64,000 bases of DNA from Cyanobacteria bacterium auto_48_18. Lineage in GTDB: Bacteria; Cyanobacteriota; Vampirovibrionia; Obscuribacterales; Obscuribacteraceae. Location: the NCBI GenBank assembly GCA_036170915.1, contig JAVHQC010000019.1:1-64000 (forward strand), written 5' to 3'. The notes under the pieces were generated by a model. That model did no database searches. It was not told the DNA's origin and saw nothing but the letters and a program-made list of their open reading frames with translations. The position numbers and the translations under genes were made by a program. How positions within the stretch are numbered: the stretch's first letter is position 1; each line of letters starts with the position of its first letter. Below are positions 29,886-40,468 of this stretch, one piece after another.

Positions 29886-31352
29886 ATGACCAAACCAAAA
29901 CACTACGACATTGTTGCCAGGGCCGAGGCCGAGATGGTTGAAGCAGGTTTCACCCCCACCTTTGCAGCAGCGGTCAATGACGAAATAGCTCGCATGGACC
30001 AGACTCAGACTAAAACTGCAGCTGCCAAAGATTTGCGAAATTATCTCTGGTCGTCTATCGACAATCTCGAGTCTCGCGACTTAGACCAGATTGAATATGC
30101 TGAACAATTGCCTGATGGAATGATCCGCTTAATTATCGGTATCGCTGATGTGGCTACATTTGTGCCCAAAGGTTCGGCTGTCGACACACATGCCGCCAAC
30201 AATTCCACATCGGTCTACACCGGGGTGGTGACGTTTCCCATGTTGCCTGAGGCGCTTTCGTATCACCTTACATCGCTCTTGCCTGGCCAAGACCGGCTAG
30301 CCATGTGCATCGAGCTCACCATCGACACTGAAGGCAAAGTCACAGGCAGCAAGGCTTACAGAGCACTGGTATGCAATCACGCCAAGCTCGATTATGGCGC
30401 AGTCGGCAAATGGCTCGCCCAGGGCGGCGAACCACCCGAAACAATTGACACTGTGCCAGACCTAACCGCTCAGGTGCTTTTGCAAAATCAGGCACGTAAA
30501 CGTATCAGGGCCATGCGTGAAAAGATGGGTTCGCTTTCGCTGCATACCCCAGAAGCTACCACAGTTGCCAAAGACGGTGAGGTACTAGATTTAAAACTGG
30601 TGGAGACAAATCTGGCACGCGAGCTGATTGAAAACTGCATGATCGCCGCCAATATTGCTACTTCTAAATTTCTTCAGACTAAAGGAGTGCCGTCCCTTCG
30701 TCGCATCGTCAAAACGCCTGAGCGCTGGTCAAAAATTGTTGACGTCGCTCATACCTTCGGTCACACGCTGCCGACTGAGCCTAATGCTGCGGCCTTATCT
30801 AAATTTCTCATTCAGCAGAGAGAAGCCGACTTCGATAACTTCGACGAACTTTCTCTAACCATCATCAAATTGCTGGGTCGCGGACAGTATGCAGTAAAAG
30901 TACCAGGTGGCGACGACAGTGGCCACTTTGCTCTGGCAGTCAATGATTACACTCATTCCACCGCCCCCAATAGACGCTATCCAGACCTGGTTACACAGCG
31001 CCAGTTGCAAGCCGTTCTGGCAGGCGAGGCGATACCATATACGGTGGAAGAATTAAATGCCATTGCCGAAATTTGCAATCGGATGGAAAGTCAGGCAAAA
31101 AAAGTCGAACGAAAAATGCGCAAAATTGCCGCAGCCGTCTTAATGGTCAATCGAGTGGGTGATATTTTTGATGGTATCGTCACTGGTGTCAAAGCCGGTT
31201 CTGTATATGTGCGCACAATCAGGCCACCGGTGGAAGGAAGAGTGGTGAGCGGCCATAATTTAGACGATCTGGACATCGGCGATAAAATCAAAGTGCGCTT
31301 GCAGTCTACAGATCCTGAAAAAGCACATATCGATTTTGTTCGAGCAAATTAG
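29886..31352 (+). CDS. RNB-domain exoribonuclease (short RNase II/R family) with C-terminal S1
   Basis: SIDNLESRDLDQ, IGIADV, LIENCMIAAN, HFALA, YTHSTAPNRRYPDL. Confidence 0.9.
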   Translation: MTKPKHYDIVARAEAEMVEAGFTPTFAAAVNDEIARMDQTQTKTAAAKDLRNYLWSSIDNLESRDLDQIEYAEQLPDGMIRLIIGIADVATFVPKGSAVDTHAANNSTSVYTGVVTFPMLPEALSYHLTSLLPGQDRLAMCIELTIDTEGKVTGSKAYRALVCNHAKLDYGAVGKWLAQGGEPPETIDTVPDLTAQVLLQNQARKRIRAMREKMGSLSLHTPEATTVAKDGEVLDLKLVETNLARELIENCMIAANIATSKFLQTKGVPSLRRIVKTPERWSKIVDVAHTFGHTLPTEPNAAALSKFLIQQREADFDNFDELSLTIIKLLGRGQYAVKVPGGDDSGHFALAVNDYTHSTAPNRRYPDLVTQRQLQAVLAGEAIPYTVEELNAIAEICNRMESQAKKVERKMRKIAAAVLMVNRVGDIFDGIVTGVKAGSVYVRTIRPPVEGRVVSGHNLDDLDIGDKIKVRLQSTDPEKAHIDFVRAN

Positions 31353-32770
31353 TAGCCGCAATCTTCGGCTGCATCGATGCGACCAGTTCTCACGGCATCT
31401 GAAAAGATCTCATAGTCTTTTTCTGCTTGATCAGCATAGAGCACAGAAAAGCGCCCGATTGCTTCGTCAAAAGTAGTCTCTTCGCCCATATAACCACTGA
31501 GCACCGCGGCATCTCCAGACCGTGCGTGAGCCCGCGCCAACACCGCACCCATGACCTCGGCGCTTTCCACCAGTCTCGGACCATCCCAGAGATCGGGCTC
31601 GAGTTTTACTTTGGTATCACGCAGCTGACGAATATAATAATGCTTGCCGTCATCAAACTTAGTCCATCCAAGAAAAATATCGCTGGCTGACTGAATAATG
31701 CGCTGGCCCGCCACCACCCGCTGACCATGATTTTCAAATTCGCTATGGCCGGCATAAGGTTCTAAAACAGAATGTCTCGCTTCTTTCAGTTGCAACATCA
31801 GTGGCTCTGCATCTGGTGCCAGCATTAATGCCACGGCACAGGTGGTGCCAACCGAACCGATACCCACAACTTTAATAGCAACGTCGGCCAGTTTATATCG
31901 GTCAAAGAGTCTCTGGCGATCGTCTTGCAGAGACTGTTTATACAGTTCAAAAGCCTTGAGAGTTTGCTCACGGAAAGTATCGGCTTCCGCACCTTTGAGG
32001 TGATAAACCGCTGGTGGGCTGTCTTTAATGTGATAGCCGCCATCGCGCTCTTCCACCATTTTGGGGAAATAATATGACTTAATGGTGCGTTTGATTGCTT
32101 TCTCAGTTTTATCTCTAATGCGCTTTTGCAAATGCGGGTCAGACGTATTCTGGGTGACCGCGCTCCAGTCGAAACGGTCGTACCAGATGTCGAGAATACT
32201 CATTTTGGAATATTCGAGCATTTTCAGACGATAGCCGCGAGCCACCGCCTCGGCGGCCTGCTCAGCGTGCCGTGGCTTAACACCATTGTTGCGACCAGCC
32301 AGCACAAAGCTGGCAGCTAGCCTCTTAACATCCCACTCCCATGGCCCAGGAATAGTTTCGTCAAAATCATTAAGATCAAAAACAATATTGCGCTCAGGGG
32401 TGGCGAAAGCACCAAAGTTCAGCAAGTGGGCATCACCACAGGTTTGCACTCTGACTTTGGTAACGAAAGATTCACCGACATCGCGAGCAAAAAGCGCCGC
32501 AGTGCCTCTATAAAAGGTAAACGGAGAAACTAGCATGCGGCCATAGCGAATGGGAATCAGCTCAGGACGCCTGCCGACGTTAGATTCTTGAATCAGGCCA
32601 ACGGGGTCTGGCCTATCTTTGGCCGGTTTAAATTGAGCTAAAAGCTCGTGCGGCACGGCCTCATGCAAAATCTTGCCGCGGTCACGCCTGTCGTCGCGCG
32701 GAGACACAGTATTGTCATGTAGTCGCGCCGTGTCAATTTGTTTTGACCCTTTGCCGCTTTCAGTATCCAC
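31349..32770 (-). CDS. DUF2252 family protein
   Basis: RYGRMLVSPFTFYRG, CGDAHLLNFG, FDLNDFDE, KVVGIGSVG, LARAHARSGD. Confidence 0.9.
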   Translation of the reverse strand: MDTESGKGSKQIDTARLHDNTVSPRDDRRDRGKILHEAVPHELLAQFKPAKDRPDPVGLIQESNVGRRPELIPIRYGRMLVSPFTFYRGTAALFARDVGESFVTKVRVQTCGDAHLLNFGAFATPERNIVFDLNDFDETIPGPWEWDVKRLAASFVLAGRNNGVKPRHAEQAAEAVARGYRLKMLEYSKMSILDIWYDRFDWSAVTQNTSDPHLQKRIRDKTEKAIKRTIKSYYFPKMVEERDGGYHIKDSPPAVYHLKGAEADTFREQTLKAFELYKQSLQDDRQRLFDRYKLADVAIKVVGIGSVGTTCAVALMLAPDAEPLMLQLKEARHSVLEPYAGHSEFENHGQRVVAGQRIIQSASDIFLGWTKFDDGKHYYIRQLRDTKVKLEPDLWDGPRLVESAEVMGAVLARAHARSGDAAVLSGYMGEETTFDEAIGRFSVLYADQAEKDYEIFSDAVRTGRIDAAEDCGY

Positions 32771-32982
32771 TTTTTACCGCCATTCTTATGCATTTACTGG
32801 TTTTGATATCAAACTCAACAGAGAGATTATTCCCCCTTAACAACATTAAACTCTAGCTTAAGGTCCTGCATAAATGAGCATTAGGGAGATTTCTAAAAGG
32901 CTATAATCGATTGGCTGAGATTTTATCATTCGGGCCGCAAGCATGACTCGCGTACTTGAATGAGCGAAAGCATAAGGGAAAC

Positions 32983-35211
32983 ATGGCGCAGACAGAATCA
33001 ACACAGAAAAAAATCTGCGTGGCATGCGGAAAAGAATATACAGGCCATGTAACCGCTTGCCCTGAAGACGGCACGACCTTAACGCCCCTGCGCCCTACCG
33101 ATCTCGTAGGCACTGTGCTGAGCGACCGCTATGAGATTCAAGAACTGATTGGCGACGGAGCCATGGGTCAGGTTTATAAGGCCAAGCACCGTTTGCTTAA
33201 GCGCACTGTGGCCGTAAAAATGATGCATCCAAATTTAGTATCAGGGGCCGCGGCTCTAAAGCGATTTCAGAAAGAAGCGGAACTGGCCAGCGCTCTCAAT
33301 CACCCAAACATTCTTACGGTCTATGACTTTGGCGTCACCGATGTTGGTGTGCCCTACCTGGTAATGGCCTATCTTCAGGGTACTAGCCTCGCTACTGCCA
33401 TCGGTGGTGGTCAGAGCCTTGACCTCAAACGCGGCCTGCACATATTTAAGCAAGTCAGTCTCGGCCTCGCTCATGCACACGAACACGGCGTGGTGCATCG
33501 CGATATAAAACCAAGCAATGTCATGCTCGTTCAATTAGACAGCGATCCTGATTTTGTCAAAATTCTAGACTTTGGTATCGCCAAACTTTTGACACCATCT
33601 GAAGGCGAAACCAGCAACCTGACAAGAACAGGCGAGGTCTTTGGCAGCCCACCATATATGAGCCCCGAACAGTGCCGTGCCCAGCCAGTAGACGCACGCT
33701 CTGACGTTTATTCGCTGGGTTGCGTCATGTACCGCACACTTTCAGGCAAACAACCGATAACAGGGCACGATTTAATCGAATATCTCTACAAACACGTCAA
33801 TGAAATTCCACCTGGCTTTGATGTTGTTTGCCCTGAGCACCACATACCTATGGAGCTTGAAAGAACAATTTTCAAGGCCATGGCCAAACAACCAGACGAC
33901 CGCTTTCAATCGATGACAGAGCTGAGAGCCGCTCTTGATGAAATTTACCAGACCGTGCCCGGTGAGTCGTTAACGCGCACCGATATTCCTCGTCTAGAAA
34001 TTGAGCCTGATACTGCCGCTGGTGACCAAGATAGAACCACTGTCGAAAAGCCAGAACAGCATGGCATTTCTGTTTCGTTCGGCAGTCAAACTCAGCCACC
34101 TGTGCCAGATGGCGAAGATTCTACGACTATTGAACCTGTTAAAGCGTCGACTCAGCACCCTGGCTCCGATACTCAAAGATCAGTCGCCCCCGGCAGCACC
34201 AAATCTACTTCCGTAAATATCTCGGTGGCACCACCTGCTGTCACTGCTGTAACTGGCGACACGCCGGCAAAACCCAGGGCATCTGCGCCAAGTAATATCG
34301 CCCAATCTTTTAAATCTCCCCGCGGCCTGGCAGTGGGTGCCTTAGCGCTCTTAGCTGTAGTGATAGCATGCTTTGGCTTTAGTGGAATGTCTGGAAGTAG
34401 CGCAGCTGAGAAAAAAATCGATGAAGCTTTAATAGCGGCCCGTAGTGATTACAACAAAGGGCTTTATCCCCAGGCAAAACAGAAATTGCGGGGCGCTATA
34501 AAATTAGCCGAACAGATTAACTCGCCGAAAAACGGAGACAGTCGCTATCTACTGGGTCTGATTCAATATGCTCAAGGCGACTATGATGATGCACAGAATA
34601 ATTTAGAGACAGCGAAGACTATATTTGAGAAGCATGGCAACGATGAAAGCAAAATAGCAGATTGCGAATCATACATAGGCCGAGCCGAAACGGCCATGGG
34701 TCAATATGGCCCAGCAGAAAAAGACTTGCAACATTCGCTTTCACTGCGCGCCAAAAACACCGAGAACAAAGCCGCTGAGGCAGATTCGTTGACTGGCCTC
34801 GCTTATTTGCATATGAAACAAAATAAAAATGCCGAAGCCGTTAAGGAATTGAAGCAAGCATTGATACTGACTGAAAAAGCGCGCGGACCTGACAGTCAAG
34901 ACACGGCCAGCGCCCTCAATGATTTAGGCCAGGCTTTTCAGTTGAACCGCAACTTTAAAGAAGCTGAGCCAATGTATAAAAGAGCGCTCGCAATACGTCA
35001 AAATAAACTTGATGGCAACAGCCCCTTCATTGCTGATAGTTATAACTGTCTGGGTGCGCTCTGCGCCTCAACAGGTCGTCTGGATGAAGCCAAACGATAT
35101 TATGCGCAAGCACTGGCCATTCAGCAAAAATCGCTCTCTGCTTCAGACCCACGCCTGGCCCAAACAAGGCAACAGTACGCTGATCTGGTTTTGAAAACCG
35201 GACGACGCTAA
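32983..35211 (+). CDS. Hanks-type Ser/Thr kinase with TM segment and C-terminal TPRs
   Basis: CVACG..CPEDG N-terminal Cys motif, GDGAMG, VAVK, HRDIKPSN, DFG, YMSPE, TM around aa 450-470, TPR repeats. Confidence 0.93.
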   Translation: MAQTESTQKKICVACGKEYTGHVTACPEDGTTLTPLRPTDLVGTVLSDRYEIQELIGDGAMGQVYKAKHRLLKRTVAVKMMHPNLVSGAAALKRFQKEAELASALNHPNILTVYDFGVTDVGVPYLVMAYLQGTSLATAIGGGQSLDLKRGLHIFKQVSLGLAHAHEHGVVHRDIKPSNVMLVQLDSDPDFVKILDFGIAKLLTPSEGETSNLTRTGEVFGSPPYMSPEQCRAQPVDARSDVYSLGCVMYRTLSGKQPITGHDLIEYLYKHVNEIPPGFDVVCPEHHIPMELERTIFKAMAKQPDDRFQSMTELRAALDEIYQTVPGESLTRTDIPRLEIEPDTAAGDQDRTTVEKPEQHGISVSFGSQTQPPVPDGEDSTTIEPVKASTQHPGSDTQRSVAPGSTKSTSVNISVAPPAVTAVTGDTPAKPRASAPSNIAQSFKSPRGLAVGALALLAVVIACFGFSGMSGSSAAEKKIDEALIAARSDYNKGLYPQAKQKLRGAIKLAEQINSPKNGDSRYLLGLIQYAQGDYDDAQNNLETAKTIFEKHGNDESKIADCESYIGRAETAMGQYGPAEKDLQHSLSLRAKNTENKAAEADSLTGLAYLHMKQNKNAEAVKELKQALILTEKARGPDSQDTASALNDLGQAFQLNRNFKEAEPMYKRALAIRQNKLDGNSPFIADSYNCLGALCASTGRLDEAKRYYAQALAIQQKSLSASDPRLAQTRQQYADLVLKTGRR

Positions 35212-35223
35212 CTAGTGAGTAAG

Positions 35224-36276
35224 CTAAGTCGGGTTTGGTTTAGTTTCTTTGAGTGGGTCGATGCGCGGCTTGCGGAATGATGTTGTGAATTTCTGTGATT
35301 TATTCAATTGAAGAATATCATTGACAGTGGATTCGATAGTACCGCAGATGGTATCAAGCGGCAGGTCGTCACCATCTTTGCCGAACGGCTCTTCAATGTC
35401 TTCAGCAATCAACTCAAGGCCAATGAGAAAATAAGAGCCGATTAAAATTAGCGGCAAGCTCACCCAATAGTTGAACTCAGATTCGATGTACCAGGGCAGA
35501 GCAAGTAAGTTAAGCGCAATACCTTGACGCATAAAAGCGCGGTAAGAAAGAGCCAGCGGACTATTCTTAATACGTTCGCAAGCACCACAAATATCCATAA
35601 ACGATCTCAAATGAGCGTCTAACTGAATCATGATGAAGCCGTCGAAAAGATCATCATTCTTCCAATCTAAAACTTTTTCGTAAATCTTTCCGGCGATATA
35701 AACCGGCGCATTGATTTTCACGCCCTCTGGAACATCACCCAATCCGGGCAGACTGCGACTTGCTTGCGAGTCACGCAAATGGTGCTTCAGTGCATAAGCA
35801 AATGACACCACCAGCTCACCTAATTCAGCTTTATCACCAGGTGAGGTAGGCACATATGTGCGCACTTTCAAACATAGGTTGCGCGAGTCGTTGACCAGTT
35901 GTCCCCATAGTTTCCGCCCTTCCCACCAACGCTCGTATGCTGTATTGGTACGAAAAACCAGAAGAAGACCGAGAATAACACTGGTGTAACCAGCAGCCCC
36001 AGCTTCTTTAAACAAGTGATTGGGAAAATTGCGAGTGACAACAACGTCTACTGCAAAAGAGTAAACCGCCATGAAGGCTAAATAAAGCCAAACACGTTTA
36101 AACACCGGAATGCGATGGAATCTGGTGAATGGATAAATCCAGAAGGCGAAGGCCTTATAAATCGGGCCTTTGGTCGCGGCAGCCGGCTGCATGTTCACTT
36201 GTGAGCTTTTCGCCCGGTATGAACCCGCATAATTCTGAGCATGGTCTTGTTCTGATGGGTCTATCGGCATTGGCAC
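35224..36276 (-). CDS. bestrophin family channel
   Basis: LLVFRTNTAYERWWEGRKLWGQLVN, CERIK, IEEPFG..DDLPLD. Confidence 0.92.
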   Translation of the reverse strand: MPMPIDPSEQDHAQNYAGSYRAKSSQVNMQPAAATKGPIYKAFAFWIYPFTRFHRIPVFKRVWLYLAFMAVYSFAVDVVVTRNFPNHLFKEAGAAGYTSVILGLLLVFRTNTAYERWWEGRKLWGQLVNDSRNLCLKVRTYVPTSPGDKAELGELVVSFAYALKHHLRDSQASRSLPGLGDVPEGVKINAPVYIAGKIYEKVLDWKNDDLFDGFIMIQLDAHLRSFMDICGACERIKNSPLALSYRAFMRQGIALNLLALPWYIESEFNYWVSLPLILIGSYFLIGLELIAEDIEEPFGKDGDDLPLDTICGTIESTVNDILQLNKSQKFTTSFRKPRIDPLKETKPNPT

Positions 36277-36386
36277 ATCATCTATGTAATCAACCTGACA
36301 ATATTAAAGCACCGGCTGGCTTAAGTACAGGCCGGTGCGCTAGCATAACGGTTTAAGATGTCGCGAGCCTTGCAAGGAAAACTAGC

Positions 36387-38312
36387 ATGGAAGTCAGCGC
36401 CGGTGGTAAAAAAACAGCTGAAAGCACGCTCAATCAGGCTTGTGCAGAGCTTAGCGCCGTAGCTTGCGGTCAACGTAACTTGCAAAGTAATGACCAGAAA
36501 TGGCTCAATGAGCTTGGCAAAACTTTAGGTACAAATTCTTTACCAGTAGTAATCGAAAGCTGCGAAATTGATTTGCTAAGCGCTGAAAGCATGAGGGAGC
36601 ACCCCCATGGCGCTCAAATAAATGTAATGCTTGCCAAATTAGTGGCGAGTGTCAGAGCCATGGCCGAAGCGGAACAAATACAATATTCAAATTTTGACAA
36701 TGACGGTACTGTTATACCAGTGCATAACCAGGCCGTAGCAGAGCTGATGCGTGCGCAATATAGCTCGCAAAGTTTTGCCGCGCTTTTTGATTTTTGTCAG
36801 GCAAAGAATGTTTTTGCTTTAAAAATAAACCAGGAAAACGGTCTGGTAAAAACTGCAGAAGTTGAAGAAAACTGGGAGATGAGCGGCCGCCAGTGGGTAA
36901 CTGATACGGTGCGCTGTGGTGATATCGAACGCAGGCTTGATGGTCGCTCATGGCGCAAAGCCATGCTTACTCTCTGCCGCTTTTACAACCAGCCCGACGA
37001 ACTTTTGGCTATAGAAAATTCGATGGCTGACCCGGAGTTTTATCGCAGTGGCGGCTTGCTTGATGGTGTCGCTCACATATTTATTCCCCAAAGTTTAGAA
37101 CGCGATCGCAGCTGGTTTAACAACAAAAGACTAGAATCACACGGATTAGCTCTCAAAGCCATTTGTGACACTATCTATGCGCAAGAAGAGAGTTTTGGAT
37201 TTAGTGCTGATCAATTGCAAAACAATCTTCCACTGATTGGCACCACTATTGCCAATCTCGCTTCTTATCTCAAAGCCATTAACACTGATAAATCAGGAAA
37301 CTTCGATTTTTGCGCTCCGTCTGCCGGCCCCTGGGAAGAGATACCTTTTGTAGAAGGGCTTACATGGGATACCGAAGCCATGCGCAGCGGGTTTGCCAGC
37401 CTCCGCACCTTACTTTCAGACGAACGTAATCAGGCGCTCAACAATTTTATTGTTGCAGCGGGCAAACCTCAGTGGCAGTGGATTCACGATCAAAAAACAT
37501 TGACAAATTTAATTGACGCTGCCCACACTAAAATTATGCAAAGGCTCTTTTCAGGTGCACTGCCAGTAGAGAATCCTCAGCGTCCAATTGATTGTTCGCT
37601 CGCTTTCATTGCTACATCAACCATCGAGTTTGACGACGATGCGCTAACCAATTGTCGTTTGCATTTTCGCCTGCTGGCAGCAGTAGAAGAAAATCTGGTG
37701 CGCGATCACGGCATCATTCGCTACGCACCTTTTGATTTAGCAATTCCCGACGGCCGTCTGGAGAAAGTCTTCGACAGCTATCTGGCAGACAATTATTGGT
37801 TGCTGCCAGAGATTAGGGCTATGCTTGCAGGTAATGGTACAGAAGCTCCGACATTCAAAGACTATGGCTCAAGTGATTGCAGCACCAGCGAGGAATATCT
37901 GGCCCGGGTGCGCCAGGCCAGACCTGACCTGGAGGCTCAATGGTGCTTTGTTTCTGTTATTGCTGAAGGCTACGCCCGCCAGGTCAATCGATTGCTTAAA
38001 TTGAAAGCCAGAGGTGAAGTGAGTGGAGACGGCCAGAATCAAGATGAGATGGACGAGCTAATCAGCCACGGATTGGCAAAAGCCACACTCTTCATCAACC
38101 GCTCGTTCGCACGCATAACAACTGCAGGCTATAAAGCCAATGGCATGCCTTGCCCAGATTTTGCCATTCCGGAGGCGTACGAAATGGTGCAGCCAGGCAG
38201 GCTTAAAAGCCCAGGCGCATTGGCTGGAGTGAACACTCCCCTTGCCTGGGGTCAGGCTTCTCTAGCCAGTGCAGCGCAACACTTTAAAGAAACTCTGGAT
38301 CTAGTGACCTGA
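36387..38312 (+). CDS. GH15-like / phosphorylase-kinase-AB-like (alpha/alpha)6 protein
   Basis: SAGPWEE, GIIRY..DSYL, EAQW, IPEAY, NTPLAWGQASL resemble conserved GH15-family segments. Confidence 0.6.
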   Translation: MEVSAGGKKTAESTLNQACAELSAVACGQRNLQSNDQKWLNELGKTLGTNSLPVVIESCEIDLLSAESMREHPHGAQINVMLAKLVASVRAMAEAEQIQYSNFDNDGTVIPVHNQAVAELMRAQYSSQSFAALFDFCQAKNVFALKINQENGLVKTAEVEENWEMSGRQWVTDTVRCGDIERRLDGRSWRKAMLTLCRFYNQPDELLAIENSMADPEFYRSGGLLDGVAHIFIPQSLERDRSWFNNKRLESHGLALKAICDTIYAQEESFGFSADQLQNNLPLIGTTIANLASYLKAINTDKSGNFDFCAPSAGPWEEIPFVEGLTWDTEAMRSGFASLRTLLSDERNQALNNFIVAAGKPQWQWIHDQKTLTNLIDAAHTKIMQRLFSGALPVENPQRPIDCSLAFIATSTIEFDDDALTNCRLHFRLLAAVEENLVRDHGIIRYAPFDLAIPDGRLEKVFDSYLADNYWLLPEIRAMLAGNGTEAPTFKDYGSSDCSTSEEYLARVRQARPDLEAQWCFVSVIAEGYARQVNRLLKLKARGEVSGDGQNQDEMDELISHGLAKATLFINRSFARITTAGYKANGMPCPDFAIPEAYEMVQPGRLKSPGALAGVNTPLAWGQASLASAAQHFKETLDLVT

Positions 38313-38343
38313 TAGGATTAATACATTCGCTCAAGAGCAATGC

Positions 38344-39249
38344 ATGAAATATACGGCCCAACCTATTTTGCCAGCACGTGCCAATCTTGGTGAAGGTGCT
38401 ATCTGGGACAGTGAAAGATCTGTTCTTTACTGGATTGATATTAACAACAATCTTTTGCATTGCTATGACCCAGCTCAAGGCACTGAAGGCGCTGTTGATT
38501 TAGGAGATAAGCCCGGTTGCGTAGTTCGGCGAGCAGAGCAATATGGGGGCGGCTTTGTTCTAGGGCTGCCTGGTAAATTTGTTTCGATTGAAAAGCAAAA
38601 GTTTTTACCAGACAAAATTAGTGACGTTAACCCTACTGTAATTGCCAGCATGGAAGAAGGTATCAAAACCAATCGTATGAACGATGGTAAATGCGACCCC
38701 GCAGGACGCTTCTGGTGCGGCTCTATGGTTAATGATTCTAGTCACGCCGGCGGCAATTTATGGATGATGGACAGAAATCACAAGCTGTATTTGAAACTAG
38801 CCAATGTCACCATATCTAATGGCATCGTTTGGAATAGCACACATGACACCATGTATTACATTGATACGAAAACCAATAAAGTTGATGCCTTTGACTATGA
38901 CAACAATAGTGGTGACATAGCCAATCGACGCACTGCGGTTGCTAACACCTGGGGTGGACACTTTGATGGCATGACCATTGACAGTGACGACAATATTTAT
39001 GTAGCCATCTGGGAAGGATCGGCAGTGCGCAAGTTTAATCCGAAAACAGGTAAACTTTTGGCGACGATTGAAGTGCCTGGCGTCAAGAACGTTACTTCAT
39101 GCGCATTTGGTGGCAATCAATTACAAGACTTGTATATTACGTCGTCAGCTGAAAATGCTGATCTGGTATCAGAGCCCAATTCTGGGGCGCTGTTCAGAAT
39201 ACATTTGTCGGATTGTCGGGGAGTGGTGGCAAATCAGTATTTGGGGTGA
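38344..39249 (+). CDS. SMP-30/gluconolactonase/LRE family protein
   Basis: LGEGAIW, RMNDGKCDPAGRFW, ISNGIVW, DGMTIDSD, TSCAFGG. Confidence 0.93.
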   Translation: MKYTAQPILPARANLGEGAIWDSERSVLYWIDINNNLLHCYDPAQGTEGAVDLGDKPGCVVRRAEQYGGGFVLGLPGKFVSIEKQKFLPDKISDVNPTVIASMEEGIKTNRMNDGKCDPAGRFWCGSMVNDSSHAGGNLWMMDRNHKLYLKLANVTISNGIVWNSTHDTMYYIDTKTNKVDAFDYDNNSGDIANRRTAVANTWGGHFDGMTIDSDDNIYVAIWEGSAVRKFNPKTGKLLATIEVPGVKNVTSCAFGGNQLQDLYITSSAENADLVSEPNSGALFRIHLSDCRGVVANQYLG

Positions 39250-39285
39250 ATTTAATGACATTCAAGTTAACCAGCAAATGAAGAA

Positions 39286-40308
39286 TTGGAAGACGAATTA
39301 ACGGCCGTATTGAGCAGATGCATGGAGCTATTCAATAAAGACAATAACAATAAAGGATCTACAGCGGTGACTTTCTTACTCAAAACGATAGAACGGAAAG
39401 CCAAAGCTTGTCATTCCAACTCATTTCTAATTTTGCACAAAGGAAAGGAAATTTCCGAATGGCATTCTGGCACCCAGCCTCAATTGGTTGAGACAATGTC
39501 AGTGACAAAATCGATAACTGGTCTTGTTACTGGTACTTTGCTTCAACAAGACAAAATAAAATCTTTAGAGCATAACGTAAGTGACTTTTTTCCTGAGTGG
39601 AAAAACACTCCAAAGCAACATATTACAATTCGACAGCTGATGGAGCAATCATCCGGACTTGCTGATAAACCTACAACTGAAGAGATTTATGCTAGCAAGG
39701 ACGTAGTAAGGCTAGCTTTAGATGCGGATCTTATGTATTCACCTGGACTATATCGATTTTACAGTAACAAAGCCGTAAATCTTTTGCCGGCAATAGTTGA
39801 AAAGGCTTCAGGAGAGAGCTTCAAGGTGTACCTAGAGAGAGAGGTTTTTGTTCCGCTAGGAATCACTGAGTATTTTTGGGAACAGGACGAAGTTGGGAAT
39901 TACTTTGGTTTTGCTGGTTTGCGCCTAACTGCGCGTGATCTAGCTAGGTTGGGCCAACTTATGCTTCAAAAAGGCAATTGGAATGGAAGGCAACTTATTT
40001 CCGAAGATTTTGTGGACCTGTCAACTTCGCATTACACTGAATATGGATTACTTTGGTGGATATACGATGGTCCACCGCCTCTATTTGCCGCGCAGGGCTA
40101 CAAAGGACAAGCAATTATCGTTTGTCCTTCTGCTCAGCTTGTGCGCGTTCGCCAAATCGATTGGAAAAGATTCAAATCAGAAGATGACAATTTCGGAGAA
40201 CTGGTTGGCTTGATCTCTCAACTTGCCATTGAAATCCTAAAGCAGCCTCTTTCAAGGACTAAAGACACTCAGTCTTCTAGCCGCCTTAGAAGGGACGGCA
40301 TGATGTAG
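39286..40308 (+). CDS. serine hydrolase, beta-lactamase/PBP-like family
   Basis: SVTK (SxxK), YSN, ITIRQL, LTARDLARLGQL, YGLLWW; start uncertain. Confidence 0.85.
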   Translation: MEDELTAVLSRCMELFNKDNNNKGSTAVTFLLKTIERKAKACHSNSFLILHKGKEISEWHSGTQPQLVETMSVTKSITGLVTGTLLQQDKIKSLEHNVSDFFPEWKNTPKQHITIRQLMEQSSGLADKPTTEEIYASKDVVRLALDADLMYSPGLYRFYSNKAVNLLPAIVEKASGESFKVYLEREVFVPLGITEYFWEQDEVGNYFGFAGLRLTARDLARLGQLMLQKGNWNGRQLISEDFVDLSTSHYTEYGLLWWIYDGPPPLFAAQGYKGQAIIVCPSAQLVRVRQIDWKRFKSEDDNFGELVGLISQLAIEILKQPLSRTKDTQSSSRLRRDGMM

Positions 40309-40468
40309 CTGCACAAAAAAACCTGTCGCTGTTTAAGCAACGATGACTACAAAAATAAAAAGGGAAAGACGTAAAGGCTGTTTCGCAATTGCTTCCCCCA
40401 AGGATAGATATCACGTGACGGACATAAAGCAAAGCAAGTTACCAGTCAGTCTAATGTGAGTATTCATA

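Noticed and set aside
36309..36339. GCACCGGC...GCCGGTGC inverted repeat in a divergent promoter region (and a similar hairpin at 53878-53911)
   Set aside because: Isolated short inverted repeats with no U-tract and no second copy; function cannot be supported.
39286..40308. Functional beta-lactamase resistance gene
   Set aside because: SxxK and YxN are shared by the broad esterase/amidase branch; the KTG box is not conserved and no signal peptide is evident.
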